From contig CALWQR010000002.1 in NCBI GenBank assembly GCA_944383705.1, forward strand, positions 5,118 to 69,117: DNA of 64,000 nt, written 5' to 3'. The notes beneath the pieces were generated by a model. It searched no databases and was not told where the DNA came from. It was given only the letters and a program-made list of their open reading frames with translations. Each line of letters begins with the position of its first letter. Within the stretch, counting starts at the first letter, position 1. The position numbers and the translations under genes are program-made. Source of the stretch: an uncultured Clostridia bacterium. Its GTDB lineage: Bacteria > Bacillota > Clostridia > Oscillospirales > CAG-272. Of the stretch, positions 42,680 through 53,097 are shown in pieces.

Positions 42680-43216
42680 ATGAAGCCGAGAACACAGATC
42701 ATGGACGAGGCCACGCTGCGCCGCACCATGGCACGCATCACGCACGAGGTGCTGGAGCGCAACCAGGGGGTGCGGAATCTGTGTGTGCTGGGGGTCAAAC
42801 GGCGGGGCGTGCCCCTGGCGCGGATGCTGTGCGACAATATCCGCCGCTTTGAGGGGGCGGAGGTGCCGCTGGGCTTTCTGGACGTCACGCTGCGGCGGGA
42901 CGACCTGAGCGAGCGGGACAAGCAGGCGCTGGCCACAGGCTCAACGGTCCCGTTTGACCTGCACGACAAAACCGTGGTGCTGGTAGATGATGTGCTGTAT
43001 ACCGGCCGCACGGCCAAGGCAGCGCTGGAGACCGTATTCGGCTTCGGCCGTCCCCGCGCGGTCCAGCTGGTGGTTCTGATTGACCGTGGGCACAGGGAGC
43101 TGCCCATCCGCCCGGATTATGTGGGCAAAAACGTTCCCACCTCCCGCTCCGAGACGATTGCGGTGCGGCTGGAGGAAATTGACGGCGAGACCGCGGTATA
43201 CATCTGCGATGCATGA
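42680..43216 (+). CDS. pyrR: Bifunctional pyr mRNA-binding attenuation protein / uracil phosphoribosyltransferase
   Basis: IMDEATLRRTMARITHEVLERN, LVDDVLYTGRTAKAAL (PRPP motif) and the C-terminal PIRPDYVGKN. Confidence 0.9.
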   Translation: MKPRTQIMDEATLRRTMARITHEVLERNQGVRNLCVLGVKRRGVPLARMLCDNIRRFEGAEVPLGFLDVTLRRDDLSERDKQALATGSTVPFDLHDKTVVLVDDVLYTGRTAKAALETVFGFGRPRAVQLVVLIDRGHRELPIRPDYVGKNVPTSRSETIAVRLEEIDGETAVYICDA

Positions 43217-43262
43217 CGCGCGGATGTACGGAAACGATTTGAAAAACAGGCAGGAGGCAGGA

Positions 43263-44492
43263 ATGATGAACGAGAACAGGGTCAGATGGGTCGGCATTCA
43301 GAGCGAGGCGGTCAAGGCGTCCGCATCCGGACTTCTTTCCCGGATGGGGTTTTTGTCTGTTCCCGGCTCGAGATATCTGGTTTTTCCCGGTTTTTGCGAT
43401 GTGCATGTGCACCTTCGCGAGCCGGGATTTTCTGATAAAGAGACCATCCGCACCGGTACAATGGCCGCGGCACGGGGAGGCTACACCACGGTGTGCGCCA
43501 TGCCGAATCTCCGCCCGGTGCCCGACAGCGTTGCCACGCTGGAGCAGGAGCTTGCCATCATCCGCCGGGACGCGGTGGTGCAGGTGCTGCCCTACGGAGC
43601 GATCACCGTGGGAGAGAAGGGGGCGGAGCTGGCCGATCTTGCGGGCATGGCTCCCTGGGTATGCGGGTTTTCGGACGACGGCCGGGGCGTGCAGGACGAG
43701 GCCGTGATGTACAAGGCCATGACCCGTGCGCGGGAGCTGGGCAAGGTGATTGCGGCGCACTGCGAGGACAACCGGCTGCTGCGCGGCGGATATATTCACG
43801 ATGGGGAGTACGCCCGTGCGCACGGGCACAAGGGCATCTGCTCCGAGAGCGAGTACGGGCAGATTGCCCGCGACCTTGAGCTGGTGCGCCGCACCGGCTG
43901 CCGCTATCACGTCTGCCATGTTTCGACAAAGGAAAGCGTGGATCTCCTGCGCCAGGCAAAGGCCGAGGGGCTGGACGTCTCCTGCGAGACCGCGCCGCAT
44001 TACCTGGTGCTGTGCGACGGGGACCTGCAGGAGGACGGCCGCTTCAAAATGAACCCGCCCCTGCGGGGCCCGGAGGACCGGGAGGCCCTGCTGGCGGGCG
44101 TGCTGGACGGCACCATTGACATGATTGCCACCGACCACGCCCCGCACACCCCGGCCGAGAAGAGCCGGGGGCTGGTGGGGAGCCCGTTTGGCGTCGTGGG
44201 GCTGGAAACCGCCTTTCCGGTGCTGTATACCGCGCTGGTGCGCCAGAACATTCTCAGCATCGAGCGCCTGGCGGCGTTGATGTGCGCCGCTCCGCGCGCC
44301 CGGTTCGGCATCCCGCCGGACGAGGGAGACTATACGGTGTTTGACATCTTCCGCCCCTACGCGGTCCGCCCGGCGGAATTTGCATCCAAGGGGCGCAGCT
44401 CGCCGTTTACCGGCAGGCTGGTCTGGGGCCGGTGCGTGCTGACCGTACACCGCGGACGCGTGGTGTACGCGGCGAACGACGCGCGGCTCTGA
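43263..44492 (+). CDS. pyrC: Dihydroorotase
   Basis: PGFCDVHVHLREPG metal motif and DHAPH. AGGAGG RBS precedes ATG 43263. Confidence 0.85.
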   Translation: MMNENRVRWVGIQSEAVKASASGLLSRMGFLSVPGSRYLVFPGFCDVHVHLREPGFSDKETIRTGTMAAARGGYTTVCAMPNLRPVPDSVATLEQELAIIRRDAVVQVLPYGAITVGEKGAELADLAGMAPWVCGFSDDGRGVQDEAVMYKAMTRARELGKVIAAHCEDNRLLRGGYIHDGEYARAHGHKGICSESEYGQIARDLELVRRTGCRYHVCHVSTKESVDLLRQAKAEGLDVSCETAPHYLVLCDGDLQEDGRFKMNPPLRGPEDREALLAGVLDGTIDMIATDHAPHTPAEKSRGLVGSPFGVVGLETAFPVLYTALVRQNILSIERLAALMCAAPRARFGIPPDEGDYTVFDIFRPYAVRPAEFASKGRSSPFTGRLVWGRCVLTVHRGRVVYAANDARL

Positions 44493-44582
44493 CCTGTCCG
44501 GGGCCGGAGCTCACAGACAAAAACAGAATTGCAGGATTCATCCATATAACAGACGCAGAAGGAAAATTCGGGAGGAAATACC

Positions 44583-47500
44583 ATGCCTAAAAGAAGCGAT
44601 CTCAAAAAAATCATGATCATCGGCTCGGGGCCGATTGTCATCGGCCAGGCGGCCGAGTTCGACTATGCCGGAACGCAGGCCTGCCTTGCGCTCAAGGAGG
44701 AGGGCTACGAGGTGGTGCTGTGCAACTCCAACCCCGCCACCATCATGACCGACACCAGCATTGCCGACAAGGTGTACATGGAGCCGCTGACGCTGGAGTA
44801 CATTGCCAAGATCATCCGCTATGAGCGGCCGGACGCCATCATCCCCGGCATCGGCGGGCAGACCGGGCTGAACCTTGCCATGCAGCTCGAAAAGAAGGGC
44901 GTGCTCCGGGAATGCCAGGTCGAGCTGCTGGGCACCCGCAGCTCGAGCATCGAACAGGCCGAGGACCGCGAGCTGTTCAAGGAGCTCTGCCAGTCGATCG
45001 GCGAGCCGACCATTCCTTCCGAAATCACCTATTCCACCGAGGAGGCAAAAGCCGCGGCCGCGCGCATCGGCTACCCGGTGGTGCTGCGCCCGGCCTTTAC
45101 GCTGGGCGGGACCGGCGGCGGCTTTGCCAACAACGAGCAGGAGCTGACCGAAATCAGCATCAACGCCTTCCGGCTTTCTCCTGTGCACCAGGTGCTGGTG
45201 GAAAAGAGCGTCAAGGGCTACAAAGAGCTTGAATTTGAAATGATGCGGGACGCGGCCGACCATGTCATCACCATCTGCGGCATGGAGAATGTGGACCCGG
45301 TCGGCGTGCACACCGGGGACAGCATTGTGGTGGCGCCCATCATGTCGCTGGACGAGGAAAAGCTGAACATGCTCAACGAGAGCGCCGTCCGGCTCATTCG
45401 CGCGCTGAAAATCGAGGGGGGCTGCAACGTGCAGTTCGCGCTCCACCCGCAGACCAAGGAGTATTACCTGATTGAGGTCAACCCCCGTGTCTCCCGCTCC
45501 TCGGCGCTCGCCTCCAAGGCCAGCGGCTACCCGATTGCCAAGGTGACGGCCAAAATTGCGGTGGGAATGCTGCTGGAGGAAATTGCCATTGCCAACACCA
45601 CGGCGGCCACGGCGCCCTATCTCGACTATGCGGTGGCCAAGCTCCCGCGCTTCCCGTTCGACAAATTTTCTGCGGCCTCCAACAAGCTGGGCACCCAGAT
45701 GAAGGCGACCGGCGAGGTCATGGGCATCGGCTCAACGCTGGAGGAGTGCCTGCTCAAGTCGGTGCGCTCGCTGGAAATCGGCGCGGTGCACTTCCACCTG
45801 CCCAAGTTCGATTCCTACACCGACGATCAGCTGCGGGATTACATTTCGGAATTCCGGGACGACAACATCTTTGCCGTTACCGAGCTGCTGCGCCGGGGAG
45901 AGAGCGTGCAGAGCCTGTTTGCCATCACGCAGATTACCCCGCTGTTCCTCGAATCGCTGAAGCGGATTGTGGAGATGGAAAACACCCTGCGCCGGAACGC
46001 CGGCAGCCTCGAGGTCCTGCGGGAGGCCAAGAAAATGGGCTTTTCCGACCCCTGCATCGCCAAGCTGTGGGGGACCGATGAGCTGAGCGTATTTGCCCTG
46101 CGCCGCGAGAACGGCATCATGCCGGTTTACCGCATGGCCGACACGCTGCACACCGGCGCGTATATCCCGTATTTCTATTCCTCCTACCAGGGAGAGAACC
46201 GGTCGGTTGTAACCGACAGCCGCAAGCTGGTGGTGCTGGGGGCCGGACCCATCCGCATCGGGCAGGGCGTGGAGTTCGACTACTCCACCGTGCACGCGGT
46301 GACCACCATCAAAAAGTCGGGCTACGAGGCCATCATCATCAACAACAACCCCGAGACGGTTTCCACCGACTACACCTGCTCGGACAAGCTCTATTTCGAG
46401 CCGCTGACGCCCGAGGACGTGATGAACATCATGCTGTTCGAGACCCCCGAGGGGGCAATCGCCTCTCTGGGCGGGCAGACCGCCATCAATCTGGCCGAGC
46501 CGCTGATGAAGCGCGGGGTGCGCATTGTGGGCACCGACTGCGAGGCCATTGACAAGGCCGAGAACCGCGACCGTTTTGAAAAGCTGCTCGAGTCGCTGCA
46601 CATCCCGCAGCCGCAGGGCCGGGCCGTGACCAACATCGAGGACGGTGTGCGCGCCGCCGCGCAGATCGGCTACCCCGTGCTGGTGCGCCCCTCGTTTGTG
46701 CTGGGCGGCCGTGCGATGCAGATTGTCGCCAACGAGGAGCAGCTGCGCCACTATCTCAAAACCGCGGTGGAAATTGACGCCGACAAGCCCGTGCTGGTGG
46801 ACAAATATATCATCGGCAAGGAGGTGGAGGTGGACGCCATCTGCGACGGGCACGATGTGTTTGTGCCCGGCATTATGGAGCTGGTGGAGCGCACCGGCAT
46901 TCACTCGGGCGACTCGATCAGCGTCTACCCGCCCTTCAGCATTTCCCAAAAGGTCAAGGGAATCATCCTCGAATACGCCAAAAAACTGGGGCTCGGCATC
47001 GGCATTGTCGGGCTGTACAACATCCAGTTCATTGTGGACCGGAACGAAAAGGTCTTCATCATCGAGGTCAATCCGCGTTCCTCGCGCACCGTGCCCTTCC
47101 TCTCCAAGGCCACGGGCTACAGCCTGGCCGACATCGCCACCGAGGTGATTATGGGCAAGAGCCTCAAGGAGCAGGGAATTTTTGAGATGTACCCCGAGGA
47201 AAAGCACCGCTGGTACGTCAAGGTGCCGGTGTTCTCCTTCAACAAAATCCGGGGGCTGGACGCTTACCTGTCGCCCGAGATGAAGTCCACCGGAGAGGCC
47301 ATCGGCTACGACAACAAGCTCAACCGCGCGCTCTATAAGGCCCTGCAGGCCTCGGGTATGCATCTGCAAAACTACGGCACCGTTTTTGTCACGGTGGCGG
47401 ACAAGGACAAGGAGGAGGCACTGCCGCTGGTCCGCCGCTTCTATCGCCTGGGCTTCAACATCGAGGCCACCAAGGGGACCGCGGATTTCCTCAAGGCCAA

Positions 47501-47768
47501 CGGCATCCGTACCCGGGTGCTCAAAAAGCTGGGCGACGGCTCGGATGAGATTCAGGAGGCGCTCCGTCAGGGGCACATCGCCTATGTCATCAACACCAGC
47601 GACATCGGCTCGGCCGATCACCTGTCGGACGGCTACCGCATCCGCGCGCTGGCGACAGAGAACAACATCACCATGTTCACCGCGCTGGATACCGTGCGCG
47701 TGCTGCTCGACGTGCTGGAGGAAACCACGCTCTGCGTCTCTACCATCGATTCGGAGGGCGAATCATGA
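44583..47768 (+). CDS. carB: Carbamoyl-phosphate synthase large subunit
   Basis: 1061 aa with two ATP-grasp halves (IMIIGSGPIVIGQAAEFDYAGTQA / LVVLGAGPIRIGQGVEFDYSTVHA) and a C-terminal MGS-like domain. Confidence 0.95.
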   Translation: MPKRSDLKKIMIIGSGPIVIGQAAEFDYAGTQACLALKEEGYEVVLCNSNPATIMTDTSIADKVYMEPLTLEYIAKIIRYERPDAIIPGIGGQTGLNLAMQLEKKGVLRECQVELLGTRSSSIEQAEDRELFKELCQSIGEPTIPSEITYSTEEAKAAAARIGYPVVLRPAFTLGGTGGGFANNEQELTEISINAFRLSPVHQVLVEKSVKGYKELEFEMMRDAADHVITICGMENVDPVGVHTGDSIVVAPIMSLDEEKLNMLNESAVRLIRALKIEGGCNVQFALHPQTKEYYLIEVNPRVSRSSALASKASGYPIAKVTAKIAVGMLLEEIAIANTTAATAPYLDYAVAKLPRFPFDKFSAASNKLGTQMKATGEVMGIGSTLEECLLKSVRSLEIGAVHFHLPKFDSYTDDQLRDYISEFRDDNIFAVTELLRRGESVQSLFAITQITPLFLESLKRIVEMENTLRRNAGSLEVLREAKKMGFSDPCIAKLWGTDELSVFALRRENGIMPVYRMADTLHTGAYIPYFYSSYQGENRSVVTDSRKLVVLGAGPIRIGQGVEFDYSTVHAVTTIKKSGYEAIIINNNPETVSTDYTCSDKLYFEPLTPEDVMNIMLFETPEGAIASLGGQTAINLAEPLMKRGVRIVGTDCEAIDKAENRDRFEKLLESLHIPQPQGRAVTNIEDGVRAAAQIGYPVLVRPSFVLGGRAMQIVANEEQLRHYLKTAVEIDADKPVLVDKYIIGKEVEVDAICDGHDVFVPGIMELVERTGIHSGDSISVYPPFSISQKVKGIILEYAKKLGLGIGIVGLYNIQFIVDRNEKVFIIEVNPRSSRTVPFLSKATGYSLADIATEVIMGKSLKEQGIFEMYPEEKHRWYVKVPVFSFNKIRGLDAYLSPEMKSTGEAIGYDNKLNRALYKALQASGMHLQNYGTVFVTVADKDKEEALPLVRRFYRLGFNIEATKGTADFLKANGIRTRVLKKLGDGSDEIQEALRQGHIAYVINTSDIGSADHLSDGYRIRALATENNITMFTALDTVRVLLDVLEETTLCVSTIDSEGES

Positions 47769-48502
47769 AGGAGGTGTGCTACCGGGTTGCCGAAAACCGG
47801 CCGCTGGCGCGCGATGTGCTCCGCATGCGGCTGGCCGGCGACAGTTCGGCCTTCACGGCGCCCGGGCAGTTCCTCAATCTGCGCGTACAGGGGTGCTATC
47901 TCCGCCGCCCCATCTCGGTCTGCGACTGGGACCGCGAGGGCGTGACCATCATCTACAAGGTGGTGGGCAAGGGAACCGCGGCCATGAGCCGTATGGAACC
48001 GGGGGAGACGCTGGACGCGCTGACGGGACTGGGCAACGGCTTTGACCCGGACAAGGGGGGAGCGGCCCCGCTGCTGATTGGCGGGGGCGTGGGCGTCCCC
48101 CCGCTCTATCGGCTTTGCCGGGAGCTGATTGCGCGCGGCGCAAGCCCCACGGCGGTGCTGGGCTTCGGGTCGGCGGCCGACGTGTTTTACCGGGAGGAAT
48201 TTGAGGCGCTGGGCGCGCAGGTCCGGATAGCAACGGCCGACGGCAGCGCCGGGCAGCGCGGCTTTGTCACCGATGCGATGGCCGGGCTGGACTACACCTA
48301 TTTTTACGCCTGCGGGCCGGAGCCGATGTTCCGGGCCGTTGACCGGATTGCAAAGAGCAGCGGGCAATACAGCTTTGAGGAGCGCATGGGCTGCGGCTTT
48401 GGCGCCTGCATGGGGTGCTCCTGCCGGACGCTGACCGGCAGCAAGCGCATCTGCCGGGAGGGCCCGGTGCTGGAACGGGAGGAAATTCTATGGGAGAAGT
48501 GA
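47765..48502 (+). CDS. pyrK: Dihydroorotate dehydrogenase B electron-transfer subunit
   Basis: FAD/NAD-binding fold with a C-terminal 2Fe-2S cysteine cluster CGFGACMGCSC...ICREGP. Overlaps the carB stop. Confidence 0.9.
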   Translation: MKEVCYRVAENRPLARDVLRMRLAGDSSAFTAPGQFLNLRVQGCYLRRPISVCDWDREGVTIIYKVVGKGTAAMSRMEPGETLDALTGLGNGFDPDKGGAAPLLIGGGVGVPPLYRLCRELIARGASPTAVLGFGSAADVFYREEFEALGAQVRIATADGSAGQRGFVTDAMAGLDYTYFYACGPEPMFRAVDRIAKSSGQYSFEERMGCGFGACMGCSCRTLTGSKRICREGPVLEREEILWEK

Positions 48503-49509
48503 GAAACACCGCGCCCGGGGCGGCAGGGCAGGGGACCGGCGCTCCGGGGCAGGGTCGGATTGCGGTCATCCCGGACGGCGCCGCGGCGGCAGCGCCCGAC
48601 ACGCGGGTCACGCTGTCGGGCTGGGAGCTCGAGAACCCGGTCATCCCGGCCAGCGGCACCTTCGGATTCGGTAAGGAGTTTGCCGAGCTGTACGACATCA
48701 ACTGCCTTGGCACCTTCTCGTTCAAGGGAACCACGCGGCAGGCGCGCTTCGGCAACCCCACGCCCCGCATCGCCGAGTGCACCGCGGGCATGATCAACTC
48801 GGTGGGGCTGCAAAACCCCGGCGTGGAGCATGTCATCGCGCACGAGCTGCCCGAAATGAAGGCGTATTTTCACAAAAAGGTCATTGCCAATGTCAGCGGC
48901 TTTTCGGTGGCCGAGTACGCCGAGACCTGCGCAATGCTGGACCGGGAGGAGCAGGTCGGGCTGCTGGAGGTCAACGTCAGCTGCCCGAACGTCCACAACG
49001 GCGGTATGAGCTTCGGGGTCTCGCCCGAGGCCGCGGCCGAGGTGACGCGGGCGGTCAAGGCGGTGACGACCAAGCCGGTTTATATCAAGCTCAGCCCCAA
49101 CGTCACCGATATTGTTCCCATTGCAAAGGCCTGCGAGCAGGCGGGGGCCGACGGCCTGAGCCTGATCAACACGCTGCTCGGAATGCGGATCGATCTGCGC
49201 CGCCGCCGTCCGGTCATTGCCAACCGCATGGGGGGCTTTTCCGGCCCCGCCATCTTCCCGGTTGCGCTGCGCATGGTGTATCAGGTCTGCGAGGCGGTCA
49301 GCATTCCGGTCATCGGGATGGGGGGCGTGTCCTCGGCCGAGGATGTGATTGAGATGATGCTGGCCGGCGCGGCCGCAGTGCAGGTGGGGGCGGCCAATCT
49401 GGTGGATCCCTTTGCCTGCAAAACCATTGTGGAGGAGCTGCCGCGGGTGATGCAGCGGTACGGAATTCAAACATTAACCGAAATCATAGGAGGTGCGCAC
49501 CATGGGTAA
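48490..49509 (+). CDS. pyrD: Dihydroorotate dehydrogenase B catalytic subunit (about 35-aa low-complexity N-terminal extension)
   Basis: [20 protein letters not shown] and [17 protein letters not shown] motifs. ATG 48490 overlaps the pyrK end. No alternative start codon nearer to the conserved core was seen. Confidence 0.9.
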   Translation: MGEVRNTAPGAAGQGTGAPGQGRIAVIPDGAAAAAPDTRVTLSGWELENPVIPASGTFGFGKEFAELYDINCLGTFSFKGTTRQARFGNPTPRIAECTAGMINSVGLQNPGVEHVIAHELPEMKAYFHKKVIANVSGFSVAEYAETCAMLDREEQVGLLEVNVSCPNVHNGGMSFGVSPEAAAEVTRAVKAVTTKPVYIKLSPNVTDIVPIAKACEQAGADGLSLINTLLGMRIDLRRRRPVIANRMGGFSGPAIFPVALRMVYQVCEAVSIPVIGMGGVSSAEDVIEMMLAGAAAVQVGAANLVDPFACKTIVEELPRVMQRYGIQTLTEIIGGAHHG

Positions 49510-50203
49510 GGATGTGATTGTCGCCTGCGATTTTGCCGGGCGGCAGGAGGTGTCCGATTTTCTCGGACTGTTCGGCGAAGGGGAAAAGCCCTTTGTCAAA
49601 ATCGGAATGGAGCTGTTTTATGCTGAGGGCCCCGAGATCGTGCGCGAAATCAAGCGCCGCGGGCACCGGATTTTTCTCGACCTCAAGCTGCACGACATTC
49701 CCAACACGGTCAAAAAGGCCATGCGGGTGCTCGCGGGGCTGGAGGTGGACATGTGCAACGTCCACGCTGCCGGCACCGCCGCGATGATGGAGGCTGCGCT
49801 GGAGGGCCTGACCCGGCCCGACGGCAGCCGCCCGCTGCTGATTGCCGTGACGCAGCTGACCTCCACCGATCAGGAGCGCATGGAGCGAGACCTGCTCATC
49901 CGCGAGCCGATCGACGAGGTGGTCATGCACTATGCGCTCACCGCCCGGGGCGCGGGGCTGGACGGGGTGGTCTGCTCCCCGCTGGAGGCCGCAAAGGTAC
50001 ACGCGGTGTGCGGGCAGGGCTTTCTGACCGTGACCCCCGGCGTCCGCTTTGCCGAGGGGGACAGGGGCGACCAGAAGCGGGTGACCACACCGGCCGAGGC
50101 AAAGAAAATCGGCTCGGATTACATTGTGGTCGGCCGTCCGATTACGGCCGCGCCCGACCCGGTTGCGGCCTACCGCCGCTGCGTGCGGGAATTTGTGGGC
50201 TGA
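49502..50203 (+). CDS. pyrF: Orotidine 5'-phosphate decarboxylase
   Basis: [20 protein letters not shown] and IVVGRPIT motifs. AGGAGG RBS. Confidence 0.9.
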   Translation: MGKDVIVACDFAGRQEVSDFLGLFGEGEKPFVKIGMELFYAEGPEIVREIKRRGHRIFLDLKLHDIPNTVKKAMRVLAGLEVDMCNVHAAGTAAMMEAALEGLTRPDGSRPLLIAVTQLTSTDQERMERDLLIREPIDEVVMHYALTARGAGLDGVVCSPLEAAKVHAVCGQGFLTVTPGVRFAEGDRGDQKRVTTPAEAKKIGSDYIVVGRPITAAPDPVAAYRRCVREFVG

Positions 50204-50228
50204 GCGCCCCGGGACAGGGAGGTATCCG

Positions 50229-50393
50229 ATGGAAAAGGTGATATTTGTAGAGGGCTACAATGACGGCAACGCCGTTCTGGACGAGATGAACGAGCTGCTG
50301 GAGGACGGCTGGTATGTGGAATCGGTTACCGCCGCGCCGGTCAGCGACGGCGGGAATCCGGTGTTTGCCTTTGTGCTGACCGACGACGAGTGA
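50229..50393 (+). CDS. Small hypothetical protein (54 aa) embedded in the pyr operon
   Basis: MEKVIFVEGYNDGNAVLDEMNELLEDGWYVESVTAAPVSDGGNPVFAFVLTDDE. GGGAGG RBS lies 7 nt upstream. Codon third positions are GC-biased. Confidence 0.5.
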   Translation: MEKVIFVEGYNDGNAVLDEMNELLEDGWYVESVTAAPVSDGGNPVFAFVLTDDE

Positions 50394-50430
50394 GCGGCCG
50401 CACAGAATCCATGAAAGAGAGAAAACGTGC

Positions 50431-50841
50431 ATGGAAACCAGAAAAAGCTATTGTGAGAAAAACCATCTTGACCCCGACCGGATGTTCCTGATGGTGCTGG
50501 GCGAGGGCGGCGGACTGCTGCCCTGTCCGGTGGGCATGACGGGGTATTTTACGGCGATTACCGACACGGGTCTGGTCTGTGAGAACGAAAAGCTGGGGGT
50601 GAAAAAAGAGCTCCCCTTTGCGCAGTTCGAGTCGGCCGAGTTCGGCATCGGCAGCGCGCAGCTCTGGCTGCAATGCCAGGTAGACGGGCACCCGGTGGTC
50701 TTCTGCAGCCCCCGGCGGTACTGGAAATCCCCGGCCGGGAAGCTGCTGCTGGAGAAAATCGGAGAGCATACCGAAATCCAGGGCTGGAAGGAATATCAAA
50801 AGTATACCGGCAAGCTGTTTCTGCTCTATATGCTCAAATAA
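50431..50841 (+). CDS. Hypothetical protein (136 aa) embedded in the pyr operon
   Basis: ORF with plausible composition. No family recognised. Weak RBS. Confidence 0.5.
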   Translation: METRKSYCEKNHLDPDRMFLMVLGEGGGLLPCPVGMTGYFTAITDTGLVCENEKLGVKKELPFAQFESAEFGIGSAQLWLQCQVDGHPVVFCSPRRYWKSPAGKLLLEKIGEHTEIQGWKEYQKYTGKLFLLYMLK

Positions 50842-50900
50842 AAGGCAGCTGTGCATCTGAAATCCCGCCCGGGCACGGGCGGACAGAGGAGGAGAAAAAC

Positions 50901-51548
50901 ATGACCGAACTTCAACAGAAAATCGCAAAGGATCTCTTGTCCATCCGGGCGGTGTTCTTCCGGCCGGACGAGCCGTTTGTCTGGGCCAGCGGCATCAAAA
51001 GCCCGGTGTACTGCGACAACCGCCTGACCCTGACGGCACCGGCCGTCCGCACCGATGTGGAGAACGGGCTGGCCGAGACCATCCGCCGGGAGTACCCGGA
51101 GGCGGAGGTGCTCATGGGCACCTCGACGGCCGGCATCGCGCATGCGGCCATCACCGCGCACCTGATGGGACTGCCGATGGGATACGTGCGCTCGGGCGCC
51201 AAGGACCACGGCCGGCAGAACCAGATTGAGGGCCGGCTGGAGCCGGGGCAGAAGGTGGTGGTGGTAGAGGATCTCATCTCCACCGGCGGCAGCGTGCTGG
51301 AGGTGGTGAACGTGCTGCGCGGGGCCGGGGCCGAGGTGCTGGGCATCGCGTCGATTTTCACCTACGGCATGGAAAAGGGCCTGAGGCGGCTGGCCGAGGC
51401 CCATGTGAAAAACGTGAGCCTGACCAACTTTGACGTGATTGCCGAGATTGCCGCGCAGGAGAACTACATCCGGCGGGAGGATGTGGCGCGCCTGGTTGCC
51501 TTCCGCAACAACCCCTCGGACGAGAGCTGGATCGGAGCGGGCAGATGA
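50901..51548 (+). CDS. pyrE: Orotate phosphoribosyltransferase
   Basis: [16 protein letters not shown] and [13 protein letters not shown] (PRPP motif). GGAGGAG RBS precedes ATG 50901. Confidence 0.9.
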   Translation: MTELQQKIAKDLLSIRAVFFRPDEPFVWASGIKSPVYCDNRLTLTAPAVRTDVENGLAETIRREYPEAEVLMGTSTAGIAHAAITAHLMGLPMGYVRSGAKDHGRQNQIEGRLEPGQKVVVVEDLISTGGSVLEVVNVLRGAGAEVLGIASIFTYGMEKGLRRLAEAHVKNVSLTNFDVIAEIAAQENYIRREDVARLVAFRNNPSDESWIGAGR

Positions 51549-52465
51549 GACACATCATCAATATCCTGGACCTTTCGGTGGAGGAGATTGAGGAGCTGAT
51601 GGACACCGCCGACGACATCCTCGCCAACCCCGGAAGATACAACGAGGTCTGCCGCCACAAGATTCTGGCCACCCTCTTTTTCGAGCCCTCCACCCGCACC
51701 CGGCTGAGCTTTGAGTCGGCCATGCTGTCGCTGGGCGGGCAGGTGCTCGGCTTTTCGGATTCCGGCTCCTCCTCCTCGGCCAAGGGGGAGAGCGTGGCCG
51801 ACACGGTGGCGATTGTCTCGGGATACGCCGACATCATCGCCATGCGTCACCCCAAGGAGGGGGCGCCGCTGGTGGCCTCGATGCACTCGCGGGTTCCGGT
51901 CATCAACGCCGGGGACGGCGGGCATTATCACCCCACCCAGACCCTGACCGATCTGCTCACCATCCGGCACGAAAAGGGGCGGTTTGAAAATCTCACCGTC
52001 GGCCTGTGCGGCGACCTCAAATTCGGCCGGCCGGTGCACTCGCTGATTGAGGCCATGTCGCGCTACGCGGGGGTGAAGTTTGTGCTGATTTCCCCGGAGG
52101 AGCTCAAGCTCCCCAGCTTTGTCAAGCAGGAGTTCATCAAGGACAAGGGCATCGAATACAGGCAGAGCCGGTCGCTGGACGACGTCATCGGCGACCTGGA
52201 CATCCTGTATATGACCCGTGTGCAGAAGGAGCGCTTCTTCAACGAGGAGGATTACCTGCGCCTGAAGGATACCTACATCCTTACGCCCGAGAAGATGAAG
52301 CTGGCGCGCCCCGATATGATTGTCATGCATCCTCTGCCCCGGGTCAACGAGATTTCCACCGCCGTGGACGACGACCCGCGCGCCTGCTATTTCCGGCAGG
52401 CCTACTATGGACGGTTTGTGCGCATGGCGCTGATTATGAAGCTTTTGGGGGTACATGCGGAATGA
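51545..52465 (+). CDS. pyrB: Aspartate carbamoyltransferase catalytic subunit
   Basis: [17 protein letters not shown] and HPLPRV motifs. Overlaps the pyrE stop. Confidence 0.95.
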   Translation: MRHIINILDLSVEEIEELMDTADDILANPGRYNEVCRHKILATLFFEPSTRTRLSFESAMLSLGGQVLGFSDSGSSSSAKGESVADTVAIVSGYADIIAMRHPKEGAPLVASMHSRVPVINAGDGGHYHPTQTLTDLLTIRHEKGRFENLTVGLCGDLKFGRPVHSLIEAMSRYAGVKFVLISPEELKLPSFVKQEFIKDKGIEYRQSRSLDDVIGDLDILYMTRVQKERFFNEEDYLRLKDTYILTPEKMKLARPDMIVMHPLPRVNEISTAVDDDPRACYFRQAYYGRFVRMALIMKLLGVHAE

Positions 52466-52872
52466 ACATCGACAGCATCAAAAACGGCTTTGTCATCGAC
52501 CACATCACGGCCGGCCGGGCCATGCAGCTCTACCGGATGCTGGGGCTGGACTGCCTGCAGTGCTGCGTGGCGGTCATCCAGAACGTGCCCAGCGCAAAGA
52601 TGGGCAAAAAGGACATCATCAAGGTGGATTCCAGCATCGACATCAACCTGGAGCTGATCGGCTTTTTCAGCCCCAACGCAACGGTCAACGTGATCCGGGA
52701 GGGCAGGCTCATTGACAAGAAGCACATCGACCCGCCCGAGCGGCTGGAAAACATCATCCGCTGCAAAAATCCCCGCTGCATCACCACCACCGAGCAGGAG
52801 ATCAAACACATCTTTGTCCGTTCCCACTCGGGGGAATACCGCTGCCTGTACTGCGAGACCCGGGCGAACTGA
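52462..52872 (+). CDS. pyrI: Aspartate carbamoyltransferase regulatory subunit
   Basis: [11 protein letters not shown]-terminus and the C-terminal zinc domain CKNPRCIT...YRCLYCE. Overlaps the pyrB stop. Confidence 0.9.
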   Translation: MNIDSIKNGFVIDHITAGRAMQLYRMLGLDCLQCCVAVIQNVPSAKMGKKDIIKVDSSIDINLELIGFFSPNATVNVIREGRLIDKKHIDPPERLENIIRCKNPRCITTTEQEIKHIFVRSHSGEYRCLYCETRAN

Positions 52873-52925
52873 GCGCCGCGCGGGGCGCAACGCGGCGGAT
52901 TTCCGCGAAAAATTCCGCGAATATC

Positions 52926-52954
52926 TTGACAAATCCCCATTTTTATGGTATACT
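52926..52954 (+). promoter_or_regulatory. Sigma-A-type promoter for the pur operon
   Basis: TTGACA (52926-52931), 17-nt spacer, TATACT (52949-52954) with TGg extended -10. Confidence 0.65.
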
Positions 52955-52957
52955 GAA

Positions 52958-53097
52958 GGACGGAATCAACTGTTCCTTGTAACTGGCGGAATCAACGTGG
53001 AGCACCACGGAGGGAGCAGGGAACACGTCCGGCAAGACACGCCGTCCCCCATGGGCTTCTGTGCGCAATGCTTGCCGCCGCCGTCCGTCTGGGCACG
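52958..53097 (+). promoter_or_regulatory. ZTP (pfl-motif) riboswitch aptamer
   Basis: The 5' subdomain GUAACUGGCGGAAUCAACGUGGAGCACCACGGAGGGAGC matches the conserved ACUGGCG...GUGG.A..ACCAC.G.GGGAGC core. A variable linker hairpin follows (CGGCAAG...CUUGCCG). The 3' subdomain CCGUCUGGGCAC matches CCGCCUGGGCA. Location upstream of pur/folate genes fits. Confidence 0.75.

Noticed and set aside
45732-47621. 629-aa minus-strand ORF inside carB; similar cases at 54960-56807, 58933-61263 and 61823-63553 inside the pur genes
   Set aside because: All are antisense to highly conserved biosynthetic genes, with typical GC-shadow composition (R, G, H, L, A rich) and no motifs.
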